The translations under genes were made by a program, and so were the position numbers. The notes under the pieces are model-generated. The model saw only the letters and a program-made list of their open reading frames with translations, made no database searches and was not told the origin of the DNA. DNA of 64,000 nucleotides from an uncultured Candidatus Saccharibacteria bacterium (GTDB lineage Bacteria; Patescibacteriota; Minisyncoccia; 2-02-FULL-40-12), in NCBI GenBank assembly GCA_964368135.1, contig CAYIZI010000001.1:42926-106925 (forward strand), written 5' to 3'. Positions within the stretch are counted from its first letter, which is position 1. Each line of letters starts with the position of its first letter. Shown here piece by piece: positions 41,872 to 51,146 of the stretch.

Positions 41872-43150
41872 TTTTGAAATGTTTGGTTTGTTCTTCTCTT
41901 AACTTATCTGATAAACGACCGTCCGGCCGCTCAACATCGGCATATGTAATTACTTCATCTTGTTTTATATCTCTCTTTAAAACACAGCCGTCCGTTAAAC
42001 CCATCGACAAGAGATTTTCTTTCAAACTGACATCATAATTTTCAATAACTCCATAACAGGTGAATCCGCCGATTCCGTCCAAAACTTCTCCTTTCTTAAG
42101 ATCTTTTTTGGCTAAAGTAATGACATCACAAAATGGCCTGCCGACTGGAGCCAAGGTGGCGTCTTTCATTAATACGGCTCTGGCCACACTGGCTGGTGTC
42201 TCAATAGGACTTAAATGATATGGCCTGTAAAATGTATATACTGGGCCATTGCCCATCTTATAGACCTTCATATACCTCTGTTTTATCGGGTGCTCGCTAT
42301 AAGCCAAGACAAAAACTCCAAAACTTGGTTCGGCTCCCAAGATATAATCCACTATCGGCCTGTCTTTTATTTCTTCAAACGGAAATAAATTAACGGCTTG
42401 CTCCACTCTCTCACAGCGATGGCCGAACATTCCTCTTTTTCCGACTCCAAACCCGACGGCATTGCCGATTGTGGCCATTTCCATGGCTATCTTTGTGCCA
42501 TCGGCAAAAGAAGTAATCATTTTCGGCCTCTGGAAATGGGCTTCGGCAAACGCCTTCTGGGTCTCCGGAGTTCTCCTCGCATCAATCAAGCTTTTTATAT
42601 TGCCCGCTAATATGGGTTTAAACCCCCACATTTTTACTTCCCTAATCAAATTCATTAAAACCGCAGGCTGGTCTCCGTCTCCTTGGGTATAGATAACTCC
42701 GGCAGCGTCAGCGTACTTTTTTAATATCGGCCCCAAAGTTGCATCAAGCTCGGCATTTATCAAAACGATGTGCTTTTTATTTTTTATCGCCTCCATCGCC
42801 ACTTTTGCCCCAAATTCAACTTCTCCGGTAGCATCAACAATTGCATCAATATAGGAAGAATTGCATAACAGCATTGGATTATCGGTGATAACATATTCTC
42901 CTGACTTAATAGCCGAATCTAAATCATTTTGATTATCCGCGCGCCTAATCGGACTGGCATTAAGTTCTTTCAGCGCCTCCTCCGCCGTATCTATAGTCCT
43001 ATTGGAAACTGCGCTCAACTTCATCCCCGGAGTTGAAGTAATAAGCTGAAGCATAAAACCCTTAGCCGCAAAGCCGGCGCCAACAAGGCCTACTCTTATG
43101 AGTTGGCTGTTGTTCTTTAATTCCTCTAATTTTTTATCAATGATAATCAT
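41864..43150 (-). CDS. NAD(P)-dependent oxidoreductase with C-terminal SAF domain (COG4091-like)
   Basis: IRVGLVGAGFAAKG Rossmann start. About 430 aa. C-terminal KKDLKKGEVLDGIGGFTCYG SAF-like segment. Confidence 0.55.
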   Translation of the reverse strand: MIIIDKKLEELKNNSQLIRVGLVGAGFAAKGFMLQLITSTPGMKLSAVSNRTIDTAEEALKELNASPIRRADNQNDLDSAIKSGEYVITDNPMLLCNSSYIDAIVDATGEVEFGAKVAMEAIKNKKHIVLINAELDATLGPILKKYADAAGVIYTQGDGDQPAVLMNLIREVKMWGFKPILAGNIKSLIDARRTPETQKAFAEAHFQRPKMITSFADGTKIAMEMATIGNAVGFGVGKRGMFGHRCERVEQAVNLFPFEEIKDRPIVDYILGAEPSFGVFVLAYSEHPIKQRYMKVYKMGNGPVYTFYRPYHLSPIETPASVARAVLMKDATLAPVGRPFCDVITLAKKDLKKGEVLDGIGGFTCYGVIENYDVSLKENLLSMGLTDGCVLKRDIKQDEVITYADVERPDGRLSDKLREEQTKHFKNG

Positions 43151-43159
43151 ATTTATTTA

Positions 43160-43690
43160 TTAGCTTTTAAAATCCGGCCAAGATGAATCTTTTTCAGAAA
43201 CATGCTCTACCGCTACCGGCCAATCAAAATTAAATTTCTTATCATTAAATCTAATTCCTTTTTCACATTCGGCCGTAAACGGCGCCGTATATAAATTTAT
43301 AAATTCAACATCGTCTCCCAGGGTTAAAAATCCGTGGGCAACGCCTTTAGGAACATACAGTGATTTCATATCTGAATCGCTAAGCTTAAAACCCTGCCAC
43401 TTCAGGTATGTCGGAGAGTTAGGTCTTACATCAACAATAACTTCATAGATAGAACCCCTGGTAACTCTGGTCAACTGGGCCATCTCTTGAGGTTTAATCT
43501 GATAATGGATTCCTCTGATTGTGCCTTTATTTTTTGTAAAAGAAATATAGCCCTGAACAATTTCATTGCTTATATTTACTTTTTTAAACTCATCCTTGCC
43601 GAATATGCGGGTTAAATTGCCTCGGTCATCCTCTCGCTTGGCAAGTTGAATTAAATACGAACCTTCAATGTTTGTTTTTATAAATTCCAT
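43160..43690 (-). CDS. NDP-4-keto-6-deoxyhexose 3,5-epimerase (RmlC-like cupin)
   Basis: REDDRGNLTRIF, GTIRGIHYQ, LYVPKGVAHGF. Confidence 0.75.
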   Translation of the reverse strand: MEFIKTNIEGSYLIQLAKREDDRGNLTRIFGKDEFKKVNISNEIVQGYISFTKNKGTIRGIHYQIKPQEMAQLTRVTRGSIYEVIVDVRPNSPTYLKWQGFKLSDSDMKSLYVPKGVAHGFLTLGDDVEFINLYTAPFTAECEKGIRFNDKKFNFDWPVAVEHVSEKDSSWPDFKS

Positions 43691-43691
43691 A

Positions 43692-44723
43692 TTATTTTTT
43701 AACTTTCCAATTAAGCATATTGTCCAACTGGCCAGTTTCCATCAGGTATTTTATTTCTTTTAATCTGGTGAATGGATTCGACTCAAATACCTCCTTGGTC
43801 ATGGAAATTTTTTCAAATATTTGTTTTAACTGCTCGGCCCCGTCTTTAATGCTCCACTGGCATTTAAATCCGGGCAGTTTAGAATATATTTTGTCAAAAT
43901 TTACTCTGTAACTTCTGTTGTCGCTGCCGGCCTGGTCCATTGTAATTTTGCAATTGGGGAATACGTCAGATATTACTTTGGCAATATCTCTGACCTGATA
44001 ATTCCCTTTGTTGCTCCCAACATTGAATACTTGATTATGGACGACTTCTTTAGGCGCTTTAGCGGCGCAAATCATTGCCTGGCAAATATCAAGAATATGA
44101 ACCAATGGCCTCCAGGGAGTACCGTCGCTATTTAGTTTTATCTCTTTATCAACCCAGGCCAAGCCACTAAGGTTATTCAATACGATATCAAATCTCATTC
44201 TTGGAGAGGGTCCGTAAGCCGTGGCATTTCTTAAAAATACGGGCGAAAAATTATCATCGGCCAGTTTAAATAATTCTTTTTCCACCAATATTTTGCATTT
44301 AGCATAAGCTGTCTGGGGATTGACGGCAGACTCTTCAGTCACCAAATCATCTTTGGCAATGCCGTAAACGCTGCACGAAGACGAATATATAAACCTTTTG
44401 ACACCGGCTTTCTTGCATTTTTCAGCCAGTGAAACCGAGCCATGATAGTTTATGGAATAGGTTAAATCAGGGTTAATTTCGCCGAGAGGATCATTAGACA
44501 GCTCGGCCAGATGAATAACAACGTCAAATCCTCTTAAATCATCTTCGGTCACATCACGGGTATCTTTGCGCAGAATTTCCGGCTGTTTGCCAAAACCGTT
44601 ATAAAGCTGGCCGGACTTATAAAATCCGGCATCTAAACCAACCACCTCATATCCTTTTTCGATCATTTTAGGAGCTAAGACAGAACCGATATATCCGTCT
44701 GCTCCGGTTATTAATATTTTCAT
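43692..44723 (-). CDS. NAD-dependent sugar epimerase/dehydratase (extended SDR)
   Basis: The internal ATG at 44723 gives MKILITGADGYIGS. SSCSVYG and YAKCK (YxxxK). The upstream gene stops 2 nt before it. Confidence 0.8.
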   Translation of the reverse strand: MKILITGADGYIGSVLAPKMIEKGYEVVGLDAGFYKSGQLYNGFGKQPEILRKDTRDVTEDDLRGFDVVIHLAELSNDPLGEINPDLTYSINYHGSVSLAEKCKKAGVKRFIYSSSCSVYGIAKDDLVTEESAVNPQTAYAKCKILVEKELFKLADDNFSPVFLRNATAYGPSPRMRFDIVLNNLSGLAWVDKEIKLNSDGTPWRPLVHILDICQAMICAAKAPKEVVHNQVFNVGSNKGNYQVRDIAKVISDVFPNCKITMDQAGSDNRSYRVNFDKIYSKLPGFKCQWSIKDGAEQLKQIFEKISMTKEVFESNPFTRLKEIKYLMETGQLDNMLNWKVKK

Positions 44724-44725
44724 AA

Positions 44726-45448
44726 TTACCAAACCTTCCAAAGGGCCTGGCCTTTTTGCCAAAGCTCCTCCAGAATATTTTTATCTCTTAGCGTATCCAG
44801 ACACATCCAAAATCCTTTGTGGCGATACGCGGCTAATTTACCGTCTTCGACCAACTGCTTCATTGGTTCTTGTTCAAAAACAGTTTCATCTCCTTGGATG
44901 TAATCAATTACTTTCGGGTCAAGAATAAAAAATCCGCCGTTTATCCACGAACCCCCATTTTTTGGTTTTTCCCTGAAACTTGATACCAATCCATTCTTGC
45001 CCTCAATTTTTAAAATACCGAACCTCCCTTCCGGCTGAACTGCTGTTACGGTGGCTGGTAAATTATGGCCATTATGGAATTCTAAAAGTTTTTTTAAATC
45101 AACATCGGCAACACCGTCGCCATAAGTAAGGAAAAACTGGCCATTACCAAGATAATCTTTTATTCTCTTTATCCTGCCGCCGGTCATGGTTTCCTGTCCG
45201 GTATCAACAATGGTTATATTCCAATTTTCATTATCAATCCCTTTGCTAAAATACTCCTTTATCATGTCGCCTTTGTAGCCGGCACAAATGATAAAGTCGT
45301 TAAAACCCTGGGTTGAAAATATTTTCATAACATGCCAAAGCATCGGTTTGCCGCCGATTTCAACCATTGGCTTAGGCCTGACCGAAGTTTCCTCGGCTAT
45401 CCTGGTGCCATAACCGCCTGCTAAAATTACCACTTTCATATCATTCAT
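44726..45448 (-). CDS. rfbF: Glucose-1-phosphate cytidylyltransferase
   Basis: MKVVILAGGYGTRIAEETSVRPKPMVEIGGKPMLWHVMKIFS..GFNDFIICAGYKG matches the RfbF N-terminus well. Confidence 0.8.
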   Translation of the reverse strand: MNDMKVVILAGGYGTRIAEETSVRPKPMVEIGGKPMLWHVMKIFSTQGFNDFIICAGYKGDMIKEYFSKGIDNENWNITIVDTGQETMTGGRIKRIKDYLGNGQFFLTYGDGVADVDLKKLLEFHNGHNLPATVTAVQPEGRFGILKIEGKNGLVSSFREKPKNGGSWINGGFFILDPKVIDYIQGDETVFEQEPMKQLVEDGKLAAYRHKGFWMCLDTLRDKNILEELWQKGQALWKVW

Positions 45449-45452
45449 ATAG

Positions 45453-46364
45453 TTAATTATTCTTACAAAAATCTTTGACGTAATTTATGTCTTCCTGGGA
45501 CAGCTTCGGCCAATACGAACTCACCAGCCACTTGCCGCCTAACATCACTGAATTACTGTTAAAAGCTTCCTGCGTCTTCAGATTGGACAGACCAATGGCG
45601 TGACCAAAACCGTGAATCATTTCTCTTATCAAGGCGGATTCTATTAATTTCCCTTCATCTGCTAAACTGCCTAAATAAACATTACTGTTGGCTGCATAGT
45701 CAAATAAGGCCGTAAAAATATTCAGCATAAAATGATCCACGGTTCCATTGCTATATATCTTTTGATACGAAACATCAGTATAATCATAATCTTCCCCATT
45801 CTTAAATTTAAAGGCCGGGTCAAGAATAAAGTTAACCGTATTTACGGTTCCTTGGTAATTATTGAATAAATCAATACCCAAAGCATCTTCCCACTGTTTT
45901 TCGGCATAACCGAGAAGCTCGTTAAGCCGCTGGCGGCTATAACCCAGTTCAAATAATCTCACATCAACATTCCCTAATTTGTAGGTTAGTTGAATTGAAC
46001 AATGAGCCGGAGGCGGCAGAGGCGTAGGCGTGGGAGTTGGAGTTGGGGTCGGAGTTGGAGTTGGGGTCGGTTTCGGAACTGGTTTTGGTTTTTGCGTAGA
46101 ACTTGGAGTAGAAACCGGCCCAATCGGCGATTCAGACGGTTCTGACGTAGCCGATGGACTTAAAATAGGAGTCGGCGTCGGAGTTGATTCTTCAAATAAT
46201 TGGGCAATGAGGGCCGCCGGGTTATTATCAGTATTCATTATCTTACTTAAACCAAAAGTAAATCCGACTGAAATAATCAATGCAAAAGCAGGAACTAATA
46301 CAGACAGTGGGATGAAACCTGACTTTATGCTTATTATTTTTTTGTTTTTGTTGGTTTTATTCAT
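45453..46364 (-). CDS. Secreted protein with (PT)n linker and degenerate metzincin-like motif
   Basis: Signal anchor, PKPVPKPTPTPTPTPTPTPTPTPLPPP, and C-terminal HGFGHAIGLSN (HExxHxxGxxH with E to G and the last H to N). Confidence 0.5.
   Translation of the reverse strand: MNKTNKNKKIISIKSGFIPLSVLVPAFALIISVGFTFGLSKIMNTDNNPAALIAQLFEESTPTPTPILSPSATSEPSESPIGPVSTPSSTQKPKPVPKPTPTPTPTPTPTPTPTPLPPPAHCSIQLTYKLGNVDVRLFELGYSRQRLNELLGYAEKQWEDALGIDLFNNYQGTVNTVNFILDPAFKFKNGEDYDYTDVSYQKIYSNGTVDHFMLNIFTALFDYAANSNVYLGSLADEGKLIESALIREMIHGFGHAIGLSNLKTQEAFNSNSVMLGGKWLVSSYWPKLSQEDINYVKDFCKNN
46033..46068. repeat. Perfect 18-bp tandem duplication inside the (PT)n coding tract
   Basis: ggagttggagttggggtc occurs twice (46033-50 and 46051-68), embedded in a longer ggNgtN periodic tract. 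Confidence 0.9.
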
Positions 46365-46370
46365 ATTTTT

Positions 46371-49300
46371 TTACTTACTGATTATTGATAAAAACGCCTT
46401 GCTTGTTTTACTCCAGTCAAAATTACTGGCCCATTTTACTGCTTCCTGGCTCATCCGGTCGCGGAGATCCTTGTCTCGAATTATCGTTAAGATACTCTCC
46501 GCGAATGCATCGCTATTGCCGTAAGAAACAAGGCGGCCAGTTTCCATATTTTTCACAGAATCCCTTAAGCCCGGTACGTCAGAAGCCACTATCGGGGTGC
46601 CGCAAGCATTGGCTTCAATCGTGGTAATGCCCCACCCTTCCATAAACGAAGGATTTACAAATACCCAGGCTTTTTGAAAAAGTTCTATTTTCTCTTTTTC
46701 AGAAACCTTTCCTCTAAATACTACTTTGCCGTTAAGATTAAGTTCAGAGGCTAATCTTTTTAACGAATTTTCTTCTTCGCCGCTGCCGACAATGACCAAC
46801 CGGGCATCATCAACTTGTCTTATAACCTTTTCAAAAGCTCTTACTAAAACATCAACCGACTTATAGGCTTTAAGCCTTCCCAAATAAAGAATAGTCGGTT
46901 CCGGACTCTTTCTCCCAAGAGTTAAATTTTTAGAATTGACTCCGGGATGGACTATTTCAATTCCTTTCTTAGTTCCAAGGCCAAAACTCTGAATATCTTT
47001 TTTGCTTGATTCCGAAACCGTAATAAACTTTACATTCCGGTAGACTATGGGCATCAAATCCTTCTCTAAAAATATTGCCAGCTTTGCTAAGGGTTTAGGC
47101 AAAGAATGCCTGAAGACTTCCTGATGGATATGATGGATAAGACAATAAATCGGCTTCCTTGAATAGATGGGCGTAAAAAAAGGAATGCCGTTATGACAAT
47201 CAACTATGATGTCATATTTGCCTCTGAATTGGGTCAGGTAGTAAATAAAAGCCCAGAGGTAAACAAAGTAAAACCCGCCTCTTCTTATGATTTCAACCCC
47301 ATCTATAATTTCTCTTCTCTTTGAATAACTGTCATTGCCGCAAAAAACAGTGACCTGGTGTCCATCCTTGACCCACTGTTTGGCGATTTCGTGGACATAA
47401 AGTTCTGCTCCGCCACCATATATATGCCTTGTGTCTCTCCAGTTAAATATAAGAATCCTCTTGCCGAGCTTCGCCATCGGAGCCTCGGTTTCAATAGGTC
47501 TAAACGCATCTTTCAAATCAATAATGCCCCTCCAGACAAACTTAAGCCTGCCCTCAAGTACGTGGAATAAATAAACCAGGCCCAACCCAAAGATGCTGGC
47601 CCATAAAATAACATTGACTATCTCTTCGACGCTGCCGTGATTTAGGATTATGCCGATAGACATAAACAATGAAGCAGTCATTGAAATAATCGGGAATATA
47701 AATTGCCTTTTAGCCAAATGATAGACGACTATAGAATTTGAAATCGTGAAAACAGTAAGCGCGAGAGTGTAAATATTAAGATAAGGCAGAATGGCCAGCG
47801 TCTTGGAGCCAAAAAGTATCGGCACGGTTAAATTGCCCAGAGGGCCCAAAAAAATAAACCCGGCTAATGACAAAAGGACGGTTGAACCAACCAGCAGCTC
47901 AAATGTCTTTTTAGTATTTCTCTTTAATCCCTCGTCTCGGCCAATCAAAGTAATCATAAATATATTGGGCAGAGAGCCGAGAAAATATATCATCTTGCCG
48001 ACAAGCGATATTAGAGTGTACTCGCCGGCCAAACGCGGCGATAAAAAGTGTTTGACTAAAATAATGTCAATGCTTAAAAATATCGTCGCCGACATTAAAG
48101 TAAGTATTGAGGCGTAGAAAAACCTGCCCGGAAACTTATGGTTTTTAGTCTGAATAAAATCTTCAGAATGCCTTGAAACAGCCAAAACAGAAGCCATTGA
48201 AGCAACCGCTATGGATATCGGAATTGAAAGATAAACTAAATGATTTAACCCATACCAGGCGAAAAGAGCCGCCGCAATAAACTTACTTACTGATTCAAAA
48301 AGAATAACGAAAGCAACACTGGTAAAGTAAAGATTGCCATTAAGAAACCCCCTGTTTGCCGACGCAATCACTCCCAAAGTCAGAACCGGAGTGAACATAA
48401 AAAGGATGGACTGGCTGCTTATGTTAAAGAAATTAGAAAGGAATGAAACTGAAACTATCCACATTACCGATATGCCTAAGGCAATAGGAATTGCTTTGTT
48501 CAAAGTTGATTTGAGAAACGCAAGCGCCGACCCCTCACCCTTTTCAACGGCCAGATGAGCAGTCTTATGGTTTACCGTTGAGGAAACCGCGCCCATAAAT
48601 ATCGCCGCTACTGACCATAAAGTATTAACCAGTATCACTAGACTAAGTTCTTCAAAAGACAAAACCCTTCCCAGGAAAGCGTTAAAAAGAAAATTAAGGA
48701 AATTGGCGAACATCATCGCCGCAATCATAAGCGCCGCTCCCGAAAGAGCATTTTCGGTCAGCGATAACGGCAAAAATTTATTAGTGGTTTTTTTCAGCCA
48801 AGAATCTTTCTTTATAAAATTAAGAGTCAATTCAGGTTTCGGGGCCGGTCCCGATTTTATCGTCCCTAAAACAGGTAAGGGTTTTAATTTCTTTAAATGC
48901 AGGCCGTGCTTGGTCTTTTCCCAGAAATGCGGCTTAATGAAAAGCTGGTAAGTTGCCATTACCGCGGCAATACTCATAAAGAACCAATAGAAAGGTATTA
49001 AAAAGACATATTTTATTATTGGCCAGTGGCCCCTTTTGGCACAGCCGATCATGTAATAGTAAAAATAGAGAAAATTCCCGAAGACCAGAGAAAAAACGGC
49101 GATATAAAAGACCGGGGTCGGATATATTGATTCTATGGTCGGACCGACAACGGAACGCAGGGCGAAATAAGAGATCGTCATAAACCACAAAATTGGATTT
49201 ATAAGCATAAAGACAATTTTGCCGCCGATGTTAAGCTGGAAAAGAAAAGTATGGATGCCGCTTTTTTTCAAAAATTCCATCGGCTTTCTCATATGAACCA

Positions 49301-51047
49301 GATATGTCTGCATATAGCCCTTAATCCACCTTGACCTCTGCCTTATCCAGTTCCAAACCTGACTATTTGCTTCTTCAAGAGTTATTGAATCAATAATCGC
49401 CGTGTTGAAACCCTGTTTAAATAACCGCACCCCCAAGTCGGCGTCTTCGGTAACGTTGAAGGGATCCCAACCCTTAAGATTCCTTAAGTCGGCGGTCCGG
49501 AAATGGTTGCTGGTGCCGCCAAGAGGAATTGAAGTATTAATTGACTGAAGACCCGGCAGAATGATTTCAAACCACAACGAGTACTCGGCCGTAAAAAGCC
49601 GGGTCAAAAGATTTTGATTGGTGTTATAATAATTGAGTTTTGCCTGAAGACATTTAACTTTTTCTGGCACTCTTTGAAAAGCCAAATAAGCTTTCTTAAG
49701 CTGCTGGGGTTCGGGCATATCTTCGGCGTCGTAAACGACAAGATACTCACCCTTGGCTGAATTAAGACCATAATTGCAGGCCTTGGGCTTGGTCTTAGGC
49801 AAAGAGTGAGGAACGATTACTATCCTTACGTAGCTTGGCAAATCTATTGACCTGGCAGTATCTATTGTCTCTAAGTCGTTTTCTTCTAAAAGCAGCTGGA
49901 CATCCAATTTATCCTTAGGCCACTCCAATTTGCTTATTGAATTTAAAAATTTTGGAAGAACCGCTGATTCCCGATAAAGCGGGCAGAGAATCGCATAAAC
50001 CGGCAGAGAACTTTCGTCTATCCGGGAAAGTTCCTCATCAGTAAAACTAAGTTCCGGAGGATTATGCAGACTTTTTGTGATAAGGAATAAATTAAACAAA
50101 ACGTCAAAAAAGTATAGAGAGCTTAAAACAGCCATTAAAGCTATGGCCGTATAGAGCGGGAAAAATAAAAATCCGGCAACAGCCAAAATAACGGATAGAA
50201 ATATTAAAAATTTCTGGCTGGCGGTAAATGTGATTAGGGCCGAGGTTTCACTGTCAAGATTAGAATGAGTAATGAACCTTCTGCCTTTATGGGCCATTCC
50301 GGCGCCGATCATACTTGATTCGTCTTGCGGCGGTATTTGAATCGGCTTTTTCTTTTTTAACTTGTTGGCCAACGCGTTAGTGCCTATTTCCCAACTGGCT
50401 TTTATGACATTGATTTTTGATTCACCGGAATGCCTCTTTTCAAAATCTATATTAACGGTGGCTATTTCATGGCCGGCGTATCTGGCGTTAACCAAGAATT
50501 CCAGATCAAAGGTCCACTGGGACGGATTAACTGCTATTTCCTTGGTTATCTGTTTTTTAAAAACTTTTAACCCTGACTGGACATCGCACTTAAGCCCGTG
50601 AAGAATCCGGCCAAAAACAAAATTAAAACCTTTGCTGGCCAGCTTTCTTAAGGGGCTTATGCCTTTATAACGTCTATTGGCCACAACTACGCCGGCGCCA
50701 TCTCTAATTTTTCTCACCATTTCCGGTATCGCTTCCGGCGGGTACTGCAGGTCAGCGTCAATCATCCCGACAGTGTCATACTTGGCATAATCAAAACCCT
50801 CAAGAATAGAAAAGGCCTTACCCTTTTTGCCTTTCTTCAAATGACAACTAATTGGATATTCGTCGGCCAGATTATTGGCAATCTTAACCGTATTATCGGT
50901 TGAGTGGTCATCTATTGTGACTATTTCATACTCAATACCGCCTTTTTTTAAAGCATTATCAATCCTCTTGACTAACTTCTGGATATTTCCTTCTTCATTA
51001 AAAGTAGGAATAATTATTGATACTTTTTCAGTGTTTTTGGCCTCCAT
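46371..51047 (-). CDS. 1558-aa multidomain glycan-assembly protein: GT2 (polyprenyl-phosphate-sugar-synthase-like) + processive GT2 + MOP/Wzx-like flippase + GT4
   Basis: aa 8-230: IIIPTFNEE, DDHSTDNT, DADLQYPP. aa 347-585: YDAED, TEDADL, QRSRW. aa ~765-1165: about 12 TM helices with a polysaccharide-biosynthesis/flippase-like N-terminus. aa 1196-1558: EGWGITTIEANACGTPIVASDVPG. Confidence 0.8.
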   Translation of the reverse strand: MEAKNTEKVSIIIPTFNEEGNIQKLVKRIDNALKKGGIEYEIVTIDDHSTDNTVKIANNLADEYPISCHLKKGKKGKAFSILEGFDYAKYDTVGMIDADLQYPPEAIPEMVRKIRDGAGVVVANRRYKGISPLRKLASKGFNFVFGRILHGLKCDVQSGLKVFKKQITKEIAVNPSQWTFDLEFLVNARYAGHEIATVNIDFEKRHSGESKINVIKASWEIGTNALANKLKKKKPIQIPPQDESSMIGAGMAHKGRRFITHSNLDSETSALITFTASQKFLIFLSVILAVAGFLFFPLYTAIALMAVLSSLYFFDVLFNLFLITKSLHNPPELSFTDEELSRIDESSLPVYAILCPLYRESAVLPKFLNSISKLEWPKDKLDVQLLLEENDLETIDTARSIDLPSYVRIVIVPHSLPKTKPKACNYGLNSAKGEYLVVYDAEDMPEPQQLKKAYLAFQRVPEKVKCLQAKLNYYNTNQNLLTRLFTAEYSLWFEIILPGLQSINTSIPLGGTSNHFRTADLRNLKGWDPFNVTEDADLGVRLFKQGFNTAIIDSITLEEANSQVWNWIRQRSRWIKGYMQTYLVHMRKPMEFLKKSGIHTFLFQLNIGGKIVFMLINPILWFMTISYFALRSVVGPTIESIYPTPVFYIAVFSLVFGNFLYFYYYMIGCAKRGHWPIIKYVFLIPFYWFFMSIAAVMATYQLFIKPHFWEKTKHGLHLKKLKPLPVLGTIKSGPAPKPELTLNFIKKDSWLKKTTNKFLPLSLTENALSGAALMIAAMMFANFLNFLFNAFLGRVLSFEELSLVILVNTLWSVAAIFMGAVSSTVNHKTAHLAVEKGEGSALAFLKSTLNKAIPIALGISVMWIVSVSFLSNFFNISSQSILFMFTPVLTLGVIASANRGFLNGNLYFTSVAFVILFESVSKFIAAALFAWYGLNHLVYLSIPISIAVASMASVLAVSRHSEDFIQTKNHKFPGRFFYASILTLMSATIFLSIDIILVKHFLSPRLAGEYTLISLVGKMIYFLGSLPNIFMITLIGRDEGLKRNTKKTFELLVGSTVLLSLAGFIFLGPLGNLTVPILFGSKTLAILPYLNIYTLALTVFTISNSIVVYHLAKRQFIFPIISMTASLFMSIGIILNHGSVEEIVNVILWASIFGLGLVYLFHVLEGRLKFVWRGIIDLKDAFRPIETEAPMAKLGKRILIFNWRDTRHIYGGGAELYVHEIAKQWVKDGHQVTVFCGNDSYSKRREIIDGVEIIRRGGFYFVYLWAFIYYLTQFRGKYDIIVDCHNGIPFFTPIYSRKPIYCLIHHIHQEVFRHSLPKPLAKLAIFLEKDLMPIVYRNVKFITVSESSKKDIQSFGLGTKKGIEIVHPGVNSKNLTLGRKSPEPTILYLGRLKAYKSVDVLVRAFEKVIRQVDDARLVIVGSGEEENSLKRLASELNLNGKVVFRGKVSEKEKIELFQKAWVFVNPSFMEGWGITTIEANACGTPIVASDVPGLRDSVKNMETGRLVSYGNSDAFAESILTIIRDKDLRDRMSQEAVKWASNFDWSKTSKAFLSIISK

Positions 51048-51146
51048 TTCTCAAATTTAACCAAATAAAAATCCCATATTATGGGATATTAGGTATCTAT
51101 CTAACCTATCGCCCTACTTTACATCATCTTAATGAAAACAGTCAAG

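Noticed and set aside
46030-46524. 164-aa plus-strand ORF beginning MGVGVGVGVGVGVGFG
   Set aside because: It is the antisense reading of the (PT)n tract and of the start of the neighbouring minus-strand genes. It has no independent signals and overlaps two well-supported genes.
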